Positions 8,902 to 17,640 of a stretch of 40,973 bases of DNA are shown in pieces. The notes below the pieces were generated by a model, which was not told the origin of the DNA, made no database searches, and worked only from the letters and a program-made list of their open reading frames with translations. The DNA comes from a virus. The stretch is taken from UHGV virus genome UHGV-0256613, one strand, 5' to 3'. Made by a program: the position numbers and the translations under genes. Position 1 is the first letter of the stretch. Each line of letters begins with the position of its first letter.

Positions 8902-9730
8902 GACGATGCCCTCCGCTGATATTCAGGAGACGGTGAATATGAAAATTAGCCTTATCCGCCAGACGAATACGTTCAGCCTGCAAGTTAAGAAGGGTTTCTA
9001 CCAAAACCTGATGCGCCTGCGGATCCGAAAGAGTTACCTTGCGCAGAGCACGTAGTGCAGTTGTTACATAACTGAGTTTATGTAAGTCTTCATCATTCAG
9101 ACGAGAGAGGGCTGGGACAGTAGCCATGATGGCAGCCTCCGTATGCAATGGATAACTTCCACCACCGGAAACGCCAATTTCGCTGGTGGTGAACTGAGCA
9201 GGGTTGGCGTAACCGGCGCATACGGAAACCGGCGCACCTTTCGGTGCCCCCACCCAGCCCACCATAATTTGGGTATAGCTGAGTTGTAGCAACAAAAAAG
9301 ACGCTAACGCGCCAATTGTCGCCGTATGCAATTCCAGGACGCCAATCCCGACACCCACTTTATAAGGTGCCTGAACAGTGTAACGTCCCGGAATGGCAGA
9401 ATCAATGTGCTGGTGGTCCTTCACACTCAACAAAATCACGCCTGAATTTCCACAAAGGACTAAAGCACTCATGCGGGTAGTCTTTGCGAAGATAGATAAC
9501 GCGCTGTGTTTCTGGCTCCCAACGAATAACATGGACATAAAGCCCTCTTCCGTCACGAAACCAGCGGTTAAGTTCCTGCACAACTCGCCCCCCACAGTCA
9601 GGTAAAGTTCTCTGTGGTTACTTACAGCCAGGTGATTTGGTAATCTGCATTCATGCCGTAACAACAGGTGTTCAGCGACGCTGACCACCAGCTGTTGCGA
9701 CAAACGGTTATTTGCCGTTAAACTGTTCAT
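8894..9730 (-). CDS. hypothetical protein (start uncertain; alternative ATG at 9265)
   Basis: 278-aa ORF whose ATG overlaps the CII-like stop (ATGA); the N-terminal 155 aa are not convincingly protein-like, and an internal ATG at 9265 gives MVGWVGAPKGAP..., matching the 28-codon relic at 38016-38098. Confidence 0.4.
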   Translation of the reverse strand: MNSLTANNRLSQQLVVSVAEHLLLRHECRLPNHLAVSNHRELYLTVGGELCRNLTAGFVTEEGFMSMLFVGSQKHSALSIFAKTTRMSALVLCGNSGVILLSVKDHQHIDSAIPGRYTVQAPYKVGVGIGVLELHTATIGALASFLLLQLSYTQIMVGWVGAPKGAPVSVCAGYANPAQFTTSEIGVSGGGSYPLHTEAAIMATVPALSRLNDEDLHKLSYVTTALRALRKVTLSDPQAHQVLVETLLNLQAERIRLADKANFHIHRLLNISGGHRHA

Positions 9731-10290
9731 GCGTTAGTTTCTCCACAGACACAAAACGCCACGACGCCCGGAGCTGCACACTCGCGGGCGTCACTCTTTT
9801 CTGGAGCGCAAAAGATTTTGTAGACCAGTGCTGCATGCTCCTGGAGCTTCGAAATTGACAGATACAACTCATCATTAATTGCTGTCTGCTCGTGTGGCTC
9901 CACTACCCCATCTTCGATTGCCGAACGAATCTGCTTTGAGTAACTCCCGATCTGTTCGATGACTTCCAGCAGGCGCTGGTTTATATCGGCGTTCTCTACT
10001 TCCTCAATTTCAGGAAGCGATACAAACACCCCACCAGCAGACTGTGCGACAGCATCCGCAATGTAGTGAGTGCCAGCCGCGCGCTGTAAAATCATTGCCC
10101 ATCCCAGCGGGAAAATCTGATCGCCATCTGCACGAAGGCGGTTGAATAAAGCGTTCTCTGTTACATCCAGCCACTCAGCAGCTTCAGCGTACCCCCCCGG
10201 CAACGCCGCGATAGTTTTTCTGACAGCTTTCACGTACCACTCAGGCTGTTTTTCTACTTTCCAGTGATGCTTACCCACGGTTAGCCTCAT
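9727..10290 (-). CDS. CII-like regulatory protein (possibly Phage_CP76 family)
   Basis: 187-aa ORF immediately downstream of cro in the early-right operon; family assignment from recall only. Confidence 0.5.
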   Translation of the reverse strand: MRLTVGKHHWKVEKQPEWYVKAVRKTIAALPGGYAEAAEWLDVTENALFNRLRADGDQIFPLGWAMILQRAAGTHYIADAVAQSAGGVFVSLPEIEEVENADINQRLLEVIEQIGSYSKQIRSAIEDGVVEPHEQTAINDELYLSISKLQEHAALVYKIFCAPEKSDARECAAPGVVAFCVCGETNA

Positions 10291-10321
10291 CGTTCTGTGG
10301 TTAAAAATTGAAGGTGTTCTG

Positions 10322-10522
10322 TTAATCTTTCGGATAGATATCCGGTCTTAAGTCAGATTTCGTAATTGCACCTGACGTGCATTGCTCAAGTTTTTTAGCC
10401 AGCACAAAACTGGCTTTTTTATAACCATTGAAAACCAGCCGTAAGTAGCCTGGTGTTGAGCCAACTTTTCCGGCCAACTCGCCCTGCTGTTCTTTGGTTA
10501 AAGAGTCCCAATACGCTTTCAT
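10322..10522 (-). CDS. cro: Cro-like HTH regulator
   Basis: 66 aa MKAYWDSLTKEQQGELAGKVGSTPGYLRLVFNGYKKASFVL...; GGAGGT SD; divergent from the cI gene. ORF track extends upstream to 10825. Confidence 0.7.
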   Translation of the reverse strand: MKAYWDSLTKEQQGELAGKVGSTPGYLRLVFNGYKKASFVLAKKLEQCTSGAITKSDLRPDIYPKD

Positions 10523-10612
10523 ACAATATGTACCTCCGATGTACATATTACATGATTGAGATGAACCTTCAAGATACTTGTACCCTATCGGTACAAAGGT
10601 TTTAATTTCGTT
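10523..10612. promoter_or_regulatory. cI/cro divergent operator-promoter region
   Basis: Two palindromes with 5-nt spacers: ATGTA-catat-TACAT (10539-10553) and TTGTACC-ctatc-GGTACAA (10578-10596) between divergent cro and cI starts. Confidence 0.5.
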
Positions 10613-11287
10613 ATGAAAACAGTCCATGACATCCGGCGGTCTAACGCCAGAAAACTGAGAGATGGTGTTGGCGGGAATTCTTCCTTTGCCACCATGATTG
10701 ATCGCGAGCCAACCCAGACCAGCAGGTTTATGGGAGATGGTGCTACTAAAAATATCGGTGACAGCATGGCACGGCACATCGAAAAATGTTTCGACCTGCC
10801 TGTCGGATGGCTTGATCAAGAACACCAGACAACAAACATCACAAAAAAACCTGATGTTTCAATTACTAACAAACAAATAACGTTAGTCCCTGTCATATCA
10901 TGGGTACAGGCCGGAGCATGGAAAGAAGTTGGCTATTCTGAGGTTGATTTGAGCACAGCAGAAACTTATCCCTGCCCTGTACCCTGTGGCGAAATGACTT
11001 ATATCTTGCGGGTGATTGGTGATTCAATGATTGATGAGTACCGCCCGGGAGACATGATTTTTGTTGATCCTGAAGTCCCTGCCTGCCACGGTGACGACGT
11101 TATTGCATTGATGCACGATACAGGCGAAACCACCTTCAAGCGGTTGATAGAAGATGGAACACAGCGTTACCTCAAAGCATTAAACCCAAACTGGCCTGAA
11201 CCTTACATTAAGATCAACGGTAATTGCTCTATAATTGGTACAGTGATTTTCTCAGGAAAACCAAGAAGATACATAATAAAGGCCTAA
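10613..11287 (+). CDS. cI: CI-type repressor (HTH plus LexA-like S24 peptidase domain)
   Basis: 224 aa; C-terminal autocleavage-type domain (VIGDSM...DMIFVDPEV...GDDVIAL); divergent from cro. Confidence 0.85.
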   Translation: MKTVHDIRRSNARKLRDGVGGNSSFATMIDREPTQTSRFMGDGATKNIGDSMARHIEKCFDLPVGWLDQEHQTTNITKKPDVSITNKQITLVPVISWVQAGAWKEVGYSEVDLSTAETYPCPVPCGEMTYILRVIGDSMIDEYRPGDMIFVDPEVPACHGDDVIALMHDTGETTFKRLIEDGTQRYLKALNPNWPEPYIKINGNCSIIGTVIFSGKPRRYIIKA

Positions 11288-11300
11288 TCAATATTTATAA

Positions 11301-11321
11301 CCTGCTTCGGCAGGTTTTTTT
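11301..11321 (+). terminator. rho-independent terminator after cI
   Basis: CCTGC-ttcg-GCAGG hairpin followed by TTTTTTT. Confidence 0.7.
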
Positions 11322-11407
11322 ATACTTGACAATGTACCCTTGGGATACATAATGTATCTAAAAGAAACACAACACAGGCAAGATTAAACAAAATTTGGTT
11401 GTAACAC

Positions 11408-11757
11408 GGCGTATGGCACATGCGTCGTTAGCGGTCTGGGGACGTTAAAGGGGACAATCCACTCCTTGCTCGGGCAAACAAACCAGGTAGCCGGAATGTG
11501 CAAGTCAATGATGATGCTGATAAGACGCCTAACCAGCGTGGCGATCCGGTTTGACGCCTGGGAAGAGACCAGGGTGCAACGATGAGGGTATTTATGGAGC
11601 CGCGACAAAGTGTGGTGCCGTAACTGGCTAAGTGCTCTCAGCGTTGTGGTAATCCGCGAAATGGCGCGGCGGTAAGTATGGCGGGGTTACTCTTTCCCCG
11701 TTGAGGACACCGGATTGTCAGGTTGACCATACGCCTGAGTGACAACCCCACCACAAC
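11408..11757 (+). ncRNA. candidate structured RNA, left copy (conserved ~240-nt module plus a 115-nt multi-stem 3' domain)
   Basis: 11408-11650 is homologous to the reverse complement of 18574-18829; no plus-strand ORF; UCGG tetraloop hairpin CUUGC-UCGG-GCAAG; stem CCUGG/CCAGG covaries with CCUCG/CGAGG in the other copy; 3' domain closed by GTTGTGG(11643-11649)/CCACAAC(11751-11757) with nested hairpins. Confidence 0.4.
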
Positions 11758-11953
11758 AGCCACTGCTTTGGCGGTACCAGTTTGTACACTTGCTTCCGGC
11801 TGGTACCGCTCTTTTTACAAAACAGAGAAGAGCATCACCGGACGACGGGCTCATAACCCAATCCATCCGGGCGGCTGCCACCGCAGGTGTTCTTCTCTGT
11901 TTTGTGGAGAAACTAATCGGCCTTGCAGGGTCGATATGATGAGGAGCAACAAA

Positions 11954-12316
11954 ATGGCTAGCGAACGCAGTACTGATGTGCAGGCATTTATCGGGGAGCT
12001 GGACGGCGGCGTATTTGAAACAAAAATCGGCGCAGTTCTCAGTGAAGTCGCTTCCGGTGTGATGAACACGAAAACCAAAGGTAAGGTCTCACTCAACCTG
12101 GAAATCGAACCATTTGATGAGAACCGTGTGAAAATCAAACACAAACTCTCATATGTTCGCCCGACTAACCGCGGGAAAATTTCCGAAGAAGACACCACCG
12201 AAACGCCGATGTATGTCAATCGCGGTGGTCGCCTGACTATTCTGCAGGAAGACCAGGGACAATTACTGACTCTTGCCGGTGAACCTGACGGAAAACTCCG
12301 CGCAGCAGGTCGTTAA
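11954..12316 (+). CDS. YfdP-like hypothetical protein
   Basis: 121 aa from ATG with GAGGAG SD; MASERSTDVQAFIGELDGGVFETKIG...; first gene of a YfdP/Q/R/S-like block. ORF track extends upstream to 11723. Confidence 0.6.
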   Translation: MASERSTDVQAFIGELDGGVFETKIGAVLSEVASGVMNTKTKGKVSLNLEIEPFDENRVKIKHKLSYVRPTNRGKISEEDTTETPMYVNRGGRLTILQEDQGQLLTLAGEPDGKLRAAGR

Positions 12317-12381
12317 TATCATACTTAATAAACTGATTATTTATCTCATCACTGAATATCTTTATATAGTGAGGACTGATT

Positions 12382-13206
12382 ATGTCTCATAACTTAGACG
12401 CAACCGCAATTAATCAAATCCATGCCCTTATTTCTGCTCAGGGTGTTAATGAAATCATCAGTAAGATTGGTGCCGATGCTGTGGCATTGCCTGAGAATTT
12501 CCGCATTCATGATCTGGAAAAATTAAATTTAAATCGCTTCCGTTTCCGTGGTGCGCTTTCCACTGCCAGCATCGATGACTTTACCCGTTATTCTAAAGAT
12601 CTTGCAGATGAAGGCACCCGCTGCTTTATCGATGCCGATAATATGCGTGCCGTCAGTGTGCTTAACCTGGGTACTATTGATGAACCAGGTCACGCAGATA
12701 ACACCGCCACTCTCAAACTGAAAAAGACAGCACCGTTCTCTGCTCTGTTGTCTGTTAACGGCGAGCGTAACTCCCAGAAGTCACTAGCAGAATGGATTGA
12801 AGACTGGGCCGACTATCTTGTGGGCTTTGATGCTAATGGTGACACCATTCAGGCAACCAAAGCGGCTGCGGCGATCCGTAAAATCACAATTGAAGCGAAC
12901 CAGACCGCTGATTTTGAAGATAATGACTTCAGCGGCAAACGCTCCCTGATGGAGTCTGTCGAAGCGAAGACCAAAGACATTATGCCAGTGGCATTTGAAT
13001 TTAAATGCGTTCCGTTTGAAAGCTTGAAAGAACGTCCGTTTAAATTACGTCTCAGCATTATCACTGGCGATCGTCCTGTACTGGTTCTGCGCATTATTCA
13101 GCTGGAAGCGGTGCAGGAAGAAATGGCTAACGAATTTCGTGATCTGCTTGTTGAGAAATTCAAAGACAGCAAAGTAGAAACCTTTATTGGTACTTTCACC
13201 GCCTGA
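12382..13206 (+). CDS. YfdQ-like protein (DUF2303)
   Basis: 274 aa, same length and gene-order context as CPS-53 YfdQ; family recalled, not searched. Confidence 0.7.
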   Translation: MSHNLDATAINQIHALISAQGVNEIISKIGADAVALPENFRIHDLEKLNLNRFRFRGALSTASIDDFTRYSKDLADEGTRCFIDADNMRAVSVLNLGTIDEPGHADNTATLKLKKTAPFSALLSVNGERNSQKSLAEWIEDWADYLVGFDANGDTIQATKAAAAIRKITIEANQTADFEDNDFSGKRSLMESVEAKTKDIMPVAFEFKCVPFESLKERPFKLRLSIITGDRPVLVLRIIQLEAVQEEMANEFRDLLVEKFKDSKVETFIGTFTA

Positions 13207-13220
13207 TTTCATTACTGCAA

Positions 13221-13240
13221 ATGCCCCTGCGGGGGCATTT
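13221..13240 (+). terminator. hairpin (possible attenuator/terminator) after the YfdQ-like gene
   Basis: ATGCCCC-tgc-GGGGGCAT followed by TT; weak U-tract. Confidence 0.35.
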
Positions 13241-13334
13241 ATGGAAACGTAATTAACTCAATAATCGCCGGATGGTAAGGGCTTCTTTTTACCAAAATTC
13301 AGTGCGGTGCAGCGCACATAACGTGGAGAACAAA

Positions 13335-13871
13335 ATGTCATTTATTAAAACTTTTTCCGGGAAGCATTTTTATTATGACAAGATAAATAAAGACGACATC
13401 GTTATTAACGATATCGCGGTTTCCCTTTCAAATATCTGTCGCTTTGCAGGGCATCTTTCACACTTCTACAGCGTCGCCCAACATGCGGTGCTTTGCAGCC
13501 AGCTGGTACCGCAGGAATTTGCTTTTGAAGCGTTAATGCATGATGCAACAGAAGCATATTGCCAGGACATCCCCGCACCACTGAAACGACTTCTTCCTGA
13601 CTATAAACGGATGGAAGAAAAAATAGACGCCGTAATCCGTGAGAAATACGGGTTACCCCCAGTTATGAGTACGCCCGTGAAATATGCCGATCTCATCATG
13701 CTGGCAACCGAACGCCGCGATCTCGGGCTTGATGATGGCTCTTTCTGGCCTGTACTGGAAGGCATCCCGGCAACAGAGATGTTCAACGTGATTCCACTGG
13801 CACCGGGTCATGCCTACGGGATGTTTATGGAACGTTTTAACGATTTATCGGAGTTACGCAAATGCGCATGA
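13335..13871 (+). CDS. HD-domain phosphohydrolase (YfdR-like 5'-deoxynucleotidase)
   Basis: 178 aa from ATG with GGAGAA SD; HD motif context (ALMHDATEAYCQDIPAPLK). ORF track extends upstream to 13272. Confidence 0.75.
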   Translation: MSFIKTFSGKHFYYDKINKDDIVINDIAVSLSNICRFAGHLSHFYSVAQHAVLCSQLVPQEFAFEALMHDATEAYCQDIPAPLKRLLPDYKRMEEKIDAVIREKYGLPPVMSTPVKYADLIMLATERRDLGLDDGSFWPVLEGIPATEMFNVIPLAPGHAYGMFMERFNDLSELRKCA

Positions 13872-14224
13872 ATATTTTCGAAATGGAAGGGTTTCTTCGC
13901 GGGAAATGTGTACCGCGAGATCTGAAAGTGAACGAAACAAATGCTGAGTACCTGGTACGTAAATTCGACGCGCTTGAAGCTAAATGTGCGGCACTGGAAA
14001 ACAAAATAATACCAGTGTCAGCTGAACTGCCACCAGCAAATGAAAGTGTTCTGTTATTTGATGCTAATGGAGAAGGCTGGCTGATTGGCTGGCGTTCTCT
14101 CTGGTACACCTGGGGACAAAAAGAAACCGGAGAATGGCAGTGGACATTTCAGGTCGGGGACCTTGAAAACGTCAATATCACTCACTGGGCAGTAATGCCA
14201 AAAGCACCGGAGGCTGGAGCATAA
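13862..14224 (+). CDS. DUF551-like C-terminal domain protein (YfdS-like)
   Basis: 120 aa; C-terminal W-rich motif ending ITHWAVMPKAPE. Confidence 0.6.
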   Translation: MRMNIFEMEGFLRGKCVPRDLKVNETNAEYLVRKFDALEAKCAALENKIIPVSAELPPANESVLLFDANGEGWLIGWRSLWYTWGQKETGEWQWTFQVGDLENVNITHWAVMPKAPEAGA

Positions 14225-15003
14225 TGACCACATTTACCAATAAAGAACTGATTAAAGAAATCAAAGAACGAATCAGCAGCCTAGAGGTTCGAGACGATAT
14301 TGAGCGCCGTGCTTATGAAATTGCTCTGGCATCGCTAGAAGAGGAGCCGGTGGCATGGCTGCATTCAGAAAATGGCTTAGGTATTCCGGCAATAACGAGG
14401 AGTAAAAACATTGCTGACAGTTGGTTATCAAAGGGCTGGTATGTTCAGCCGCTATATATAGCCAAGCCAGTGCCGGTAGTGCCAGATGCTCGTCCGTCTT
14501 TAAATAATGGCATAGTCGGTTTTGATGAAGGCTGGAACGCCTGCCGCGCCGCCATGCTTCATGGTGCCAAACCTGTAAACCAAACTTACAAGTCACCACA
14601 CACGCTGTTTGAACAAGTTGCTGACCTCTACGAAATGCAATTTGATGACGGTCGCACTTGTGCCTTTCACACTGATGCGCAAAAGGCTGCGCAATGGCTT
14701 CAGGTGTGCGACGGAAACAGGGTTCAGGAATACGTTAAGCTGGAACGGCTGCAGAACGCGCTGTCTGGCAACTCTCCGGTAAGTCCGGGTGGTTGGATAA
14801 GCTGTAGTGAGCGAATGCCGAACGATAAACAGTATGTTTGGTGTTGGGGTAAGTCTTACGGCTGGACTGAGTGCGATACCTTCGAAGGGTATTACGATTG
14901 GTCGAGAAACAAATGGTGGGCAGTTACTGACGATGGGGAAGAACCGGCATCGAAAGTAACCCACTGGATGCCGCTACCAGAACCGCCGCAGGAGGTGAAG
15001 TGA
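14224..15003 (+). CDS. hypothetical protein with C-terminal DUF551-like domain
   Basis: 259 aa; C-terminus ...WCWGKSYGWTECDTFEGYYDW...VTHWMPLPEPP. Confidence 0.65.
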   Translation: MTTFTNKELIKEIKERISSLEVRDDIERRAYEIALASLEEEPVAWLHSENGLGIPAITRSKNIADSWLSKGWYVQPLYIAKPVPVVPDARPSLNNGIVGFDEGWNACRAAMLHGAKPVNQTYKSPHTLFEQVADLYEMQFDDGRTCAFHTDAQKAAQWLQVCDGNRVQEYVKLERLQNALSGNSPVSPGGWISCSERMPNDKQYVWCWGKSYGWTECDTFEGYYDWSRNKWWAVTDDGEEPASKVTHWMPLPEPPQEVK

Positions 15004-15125
15004 TGAACAAGTGCAACGCTCTGCTTTATGCCATGGTGATTGGTTTCGGCCTGGTTGCTGGTATCCGGGTTTATATTACCTGGGAGTCATTAATCAATCT
15101 GGCGTGGAGTGCGATTCGTGGCTAA
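15003..15125 (+). CDS. possible small hydrophobic membrane peptide (40 aa)
   Basis: ATG overlaps the upstream stop (TGATG); MNKCNALLYAMVIGFGLVAGIRVYITWESLINLAWSAIRG; not in ORF track (below size cut-off). Confidence 0.3.
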   Translation: MNKCNALLYAMVIGFGLVAGIRVYITWESLINLAWSAIRG

Positions 15126-15420
15126 ATCCCCCGCAGAACGCAAAGCCGCGCAGCGCGCTCGGCAGTCCGCCGCCGGTGAGCGCAAAATTGAACTGGTGCT
15201 GGATAAGCAGGAGCAGGAAATGCTGGCGCGGAACTGCGCCGCCCGGCGCCCTGGTCGCGATCCCTATGAAATGGCCGAGTACATCGCGCTGCTGATCCGC
15301 CAGGATGATGCACGTGTGCGCGGGCGTATAAAATCGATCAGCAGAAACTTTGCGGTAAGTGCGGCGAGAGAGTTCCCGTTAATTCATGCCCGTGTAATGG
15401 TGACTCGCAATGCTGGGTGA
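15109..15420 (+). CDS. hypothetical basic protein
   Basis: 103-aa ORF with GTG start, Arg/Ala-rich; last gene before the terminase leader. Confidence 0.45.
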   Translation: MRFVAKSPAERKAAQRARQSAAGERKIELVLDKQEQEMLARNCAARRPGRDPYEMAEYIALLIRQDDARVRGRIKSISRNFAVSAAREFPLIHARVMVTRNAG

Positions 15421-15451
15421 CTAAAGGCTGGCATGAAACGAAATTAATAGT

Positions 15452-15463
15452 GTGACATGTCAC
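15452..15463. promoter_or_regulatory. perfect 12-bp palindrome GTGACATGTCAC upstream of the terminase operon (second copy at 36061-36072)
   Basis: Exact palindrome; both copies are immediately followed by an intrinsic-terminator hairpin. Confidence 0.4.
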
Positions 15464-15504
15464 GAGTAGATTATGCATGATGAATTTGATGGGTTTTGAA
15501 TACT

Positions 15505-15530
15505 GCCGCCAACTATGGCGGCTTTATTTT
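15505..15530 (+). terminator. intrinsic terminator-like hairpin in the leader of the structural operon
   Basis: GCCGCC-aactat-GGCGGC followed by TTTATTTT, ~45 nt upstream of the terminase small-subunit start. Confidence 0.45.
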
Positions 15531-15573
15531 GCATGGTACTATTACCACAACGGTAACAATTACCATGGTGGTT

Positions 15574-16170
15574 ATGATGCCTGCTGAACCTAAAACCTAT
15601 AAACGCAAATCAACGCAATTTAAGCCACTAACCGCAATGCAGGAGGCTTATTGCCAGTCATACATCAAAACGCCTGAAAACCAGACTCAGGCAGCGATTA
15701 ACGCAGGATTCTCCCCAAATACAGCGGCAGTTAAAGCCAGTGTCATGATGCGCGATGAACGCATTCAAAAACGGATTGCCGAGTTGATGGAGGAGCGCAA
15801 CAAACGAATGCGCGTCAGTGCCGATTACGTTCTCATGCGCCTGGTGGAGATCGACCAGATGGACGTGATTGATATCCTCAATGACGATGGGAGCCTTAAG
15901 CCAATCCGCGAGTGGCCGAAAATCTGGCGCACTACGCTTAGTGGCTTTGATCTGTCATCGACCATCATGAACATGAACGAGGATTCGATAGAGACAATTC
16001 TCAAAAAAATTAAATGGCCTGACAAGGTGAAGAACCTCGAACTGATTGGTAAGCACGTCGACGTCAATGCATTCAAAGAACGCCTGGATGTTAATGTGAA
16101 TGTGACAATTGCTGATCGCATAGCGGCAGCCAGGAAGCGACTCAAAGAACGTCAGGATGGTAATCAGTGA
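15574..16170 (+). CDS. terminase small subunit
   Basis: Basic helix-rich protein immediately upstream of, and overlapping, the large terminase; ORF track extends upstream to 15496 through the terminator hairpin. Confidence 0.8.
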   Translation: MMPAEPKTYKRKSTQFKPLTAMQEAYCQSYIKTPENQTQAAINAGFSPNTAAVKASVMMRDERIQKRIAELMEERNKRMRVSADYVLMRLVEIDQMDVIDILNDDGSLKPIREWPKIWRTTLSGFDLSSTIMNMNEDSIETILKKIKWPDKVKNLELIGKHVDVNAFKERLDVNVNVTIADRIAAARKRLKERQDGNQ

Positions 16171-17636
16171 CAGATACAGCGTTATCTCCTGAAGAGCAGT
16201 TGATCGAGGATATTGCAGGGTTCACTCACGATCCGCTTGGCTATGCCCTCTATGCGTTCCCGTGGGGGGAAGAGGGGACTGAACTGGCACATGCTACCGG
16301 CCCACGTCAGTGGCAGGCTGATGCGTTCCGAGAGATACGTGATCACCTGCAGAATCCAGAGACGCGCTATCAGCCGCTTATGCTGGCACGCGCTTCTGGT
16401 CACGGTATTGGTAAATCCGCATTCATCTCAATGCTGATCAACTGGGGCATGTCCACTTGCGAGGATTGTAAGGTCGTGGTGACCGCCAACACCGACAACC
16501 AGCTACGAACGAAGACCTGGCCGGAAATTATCAAGTGGTCGAACCTTGCTATCACGAAAGACTGGTTTACCTGTACCGCTACTGCGATGTACAGCAATGA
16601 TCCTGGGCACGACAAGCGGTGGCGAGCTGACGCAATCCCCTGGTCTGAGCACAACACTGAGGCATTCGCCGGACTACACAACGAGCGCAAACGCATCATC
16701 GTGGTATTCGATGAAGCGTCGAACATTGCGGATCTGGTGTGGGAAGTTGCTGAGGGTGCGCTTACGGACGAAGACACTGAGATTATCTGGGTGGCGTTCG
16801 GAAACCCTACACGTAATACCGGGCGTTTTCGCGAATGTTTCCGCAAATACAAACACCGCTGGAAAACTGCGCAGATTGACAGCCGGACGGTGGAAGGTAC
16901 TAACAAACAGCAGTTGCAGAAATGGGTTGATGACTACGGGGAAGACAGCGACTTCGTTAAAATCCGTGTGCGCGGCATATTCCCTGATGCATCTGAATTG
17001 CAGTTTATCCCTACCGGTCTTACTGATGAGGCAATGAAACGGGTGGTAACCGCTGCGCAGGTTGCACATGCTCCGGTGATAATCGGCGTTGACCCGGCAT
17101 ACTCCGGAGTTGATGACGCTGTGATATACCTGCGGCAGGGGCTGCACAGTAAGGTGCTGTGGACTGGCAACAAGACCACTGACGATCTGATAATGGCGAA
17201 GCGTATCGCTGACTTTGAAGACCAGTACCAGGCTGACGCAGTGTTCATCGACTTCGGTTACGGAACTGGTCTGAAGTCAATCGGTGACGGCTGGGGTCGT
17301 ACATGGCAACTTGTTCCGTTCGGTGGCGCGTCTACTGACCCGCAGATGCTCAACAAGCGTGGGGAGATGTTCAACTCATGCAAGACATGGCTGAGGCTGG
17401 GCGGGATGCTGGATGACCAGGAAACAGCAGACGACCTGTCGACGGCAGAGTACAAAGTTCGCGTGGACGGTAAAATCGTTATCGAACCGAAGGAAGATAT
17501 CAAAGAGCGACTTGGGCGTTCGCCGGGTAAAGGTGATGCGCTGCTGCTAACGTTCGCCTTCCCGGTAGCCAAGAAAACTAATGACCCACGGCAGCAGCAG
17601 GGGAAAGCTATTACTGAGTACGATCCGTTTTCATAA
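16167..17636 (+). CDS. terminase large subunit
   Basis: 489 aa; Walker A-like GHGIGKS; GTG start overlapping the small-subunit stop (GTGA). Confidence 0.9.
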   Translation: MTDTALSPEEQLIEDIAGFTHDPLGYALYAFPWGEEGTELAHATGPRQWQADAFREIRDHLQNPETRYQPLMLARASGHGIGKSAFISMLINWGMSTCEDCKVVVTANTDNQLRTKTWPEIIKWSNLAITKDWFTCTATAMYSNDPGHDKRWRADAIPWSEHNTEAFAGLHNERKRIIVVFDEASNIADLVWEVAEGALTDEDTEIIWVAFGNPTRNTGRFRECFRKYKHRWKTAQIDSRTVEGTNKQQLQKWVDDYGEDSDFVKIRVRGIFPDASELQFIPTGLTDEAMKRVVTAAQVAHAPVIIGVDPAYSGVDDAVIYLRQGLHSKVLWTGNKTTDDLIMAKRIADFEDQYQADAVFIDFGYGTGLKSIGDGWGRTWQLVPFGGASTDPQMLNKRGEMFNSCKTWLRLGGMLDDQETADDLSTAEYKVRVDGKIVIEPKEDIKERLGRSPGKGDALLLTFAFPVAKKTNDPRQQQGKAITEYDPFS

Positions 17637-17640
17637 AGTT

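Noticed and set aside
11384-11608. 74-aa minus-strand ORF overlapping the left RNA element, and the analogous 89-aa plus-strand ORF at 18612-18881
   Set aside because: The two ORFs share only a short peptide (HRCTLVSS.AS.RIA) while the DNA is conserved well beyond it and the frames diverge; both are antisense to the proposed RNA. Better explained as chance ORFs over a structured RNA.
11643-11757. Possible second (degenerate) tRNA at the 3' end of the left RNA element
   Set aside because: It has a 7-bp closing stem starting GTTGTGG like the tRNA in the right copy, but the internal arms do not fit a cloverleaf (no T-loop consensus, 9-nt loop in the anticodon-like arm, extra enclosing helix). 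Treated as a non-tRNA structured domain.
15011-15295. 94-aa plus-strand ORF
   Set aside because: Trp/Cys/Pro-rich, not protein-like; overlaps two better candidates (15003-15125 and 15109-15420) in other frames.
16400-17248. Several minus-strand ORFs (16400-16906, 16674-17147, 16934-17248, 17258-17572) inside the terminase large-subunit gene
   Set aside because: All lie antisense within a well-supported terminase gene; typical spurious antisense ORFs in GC-balanced coding DNA.
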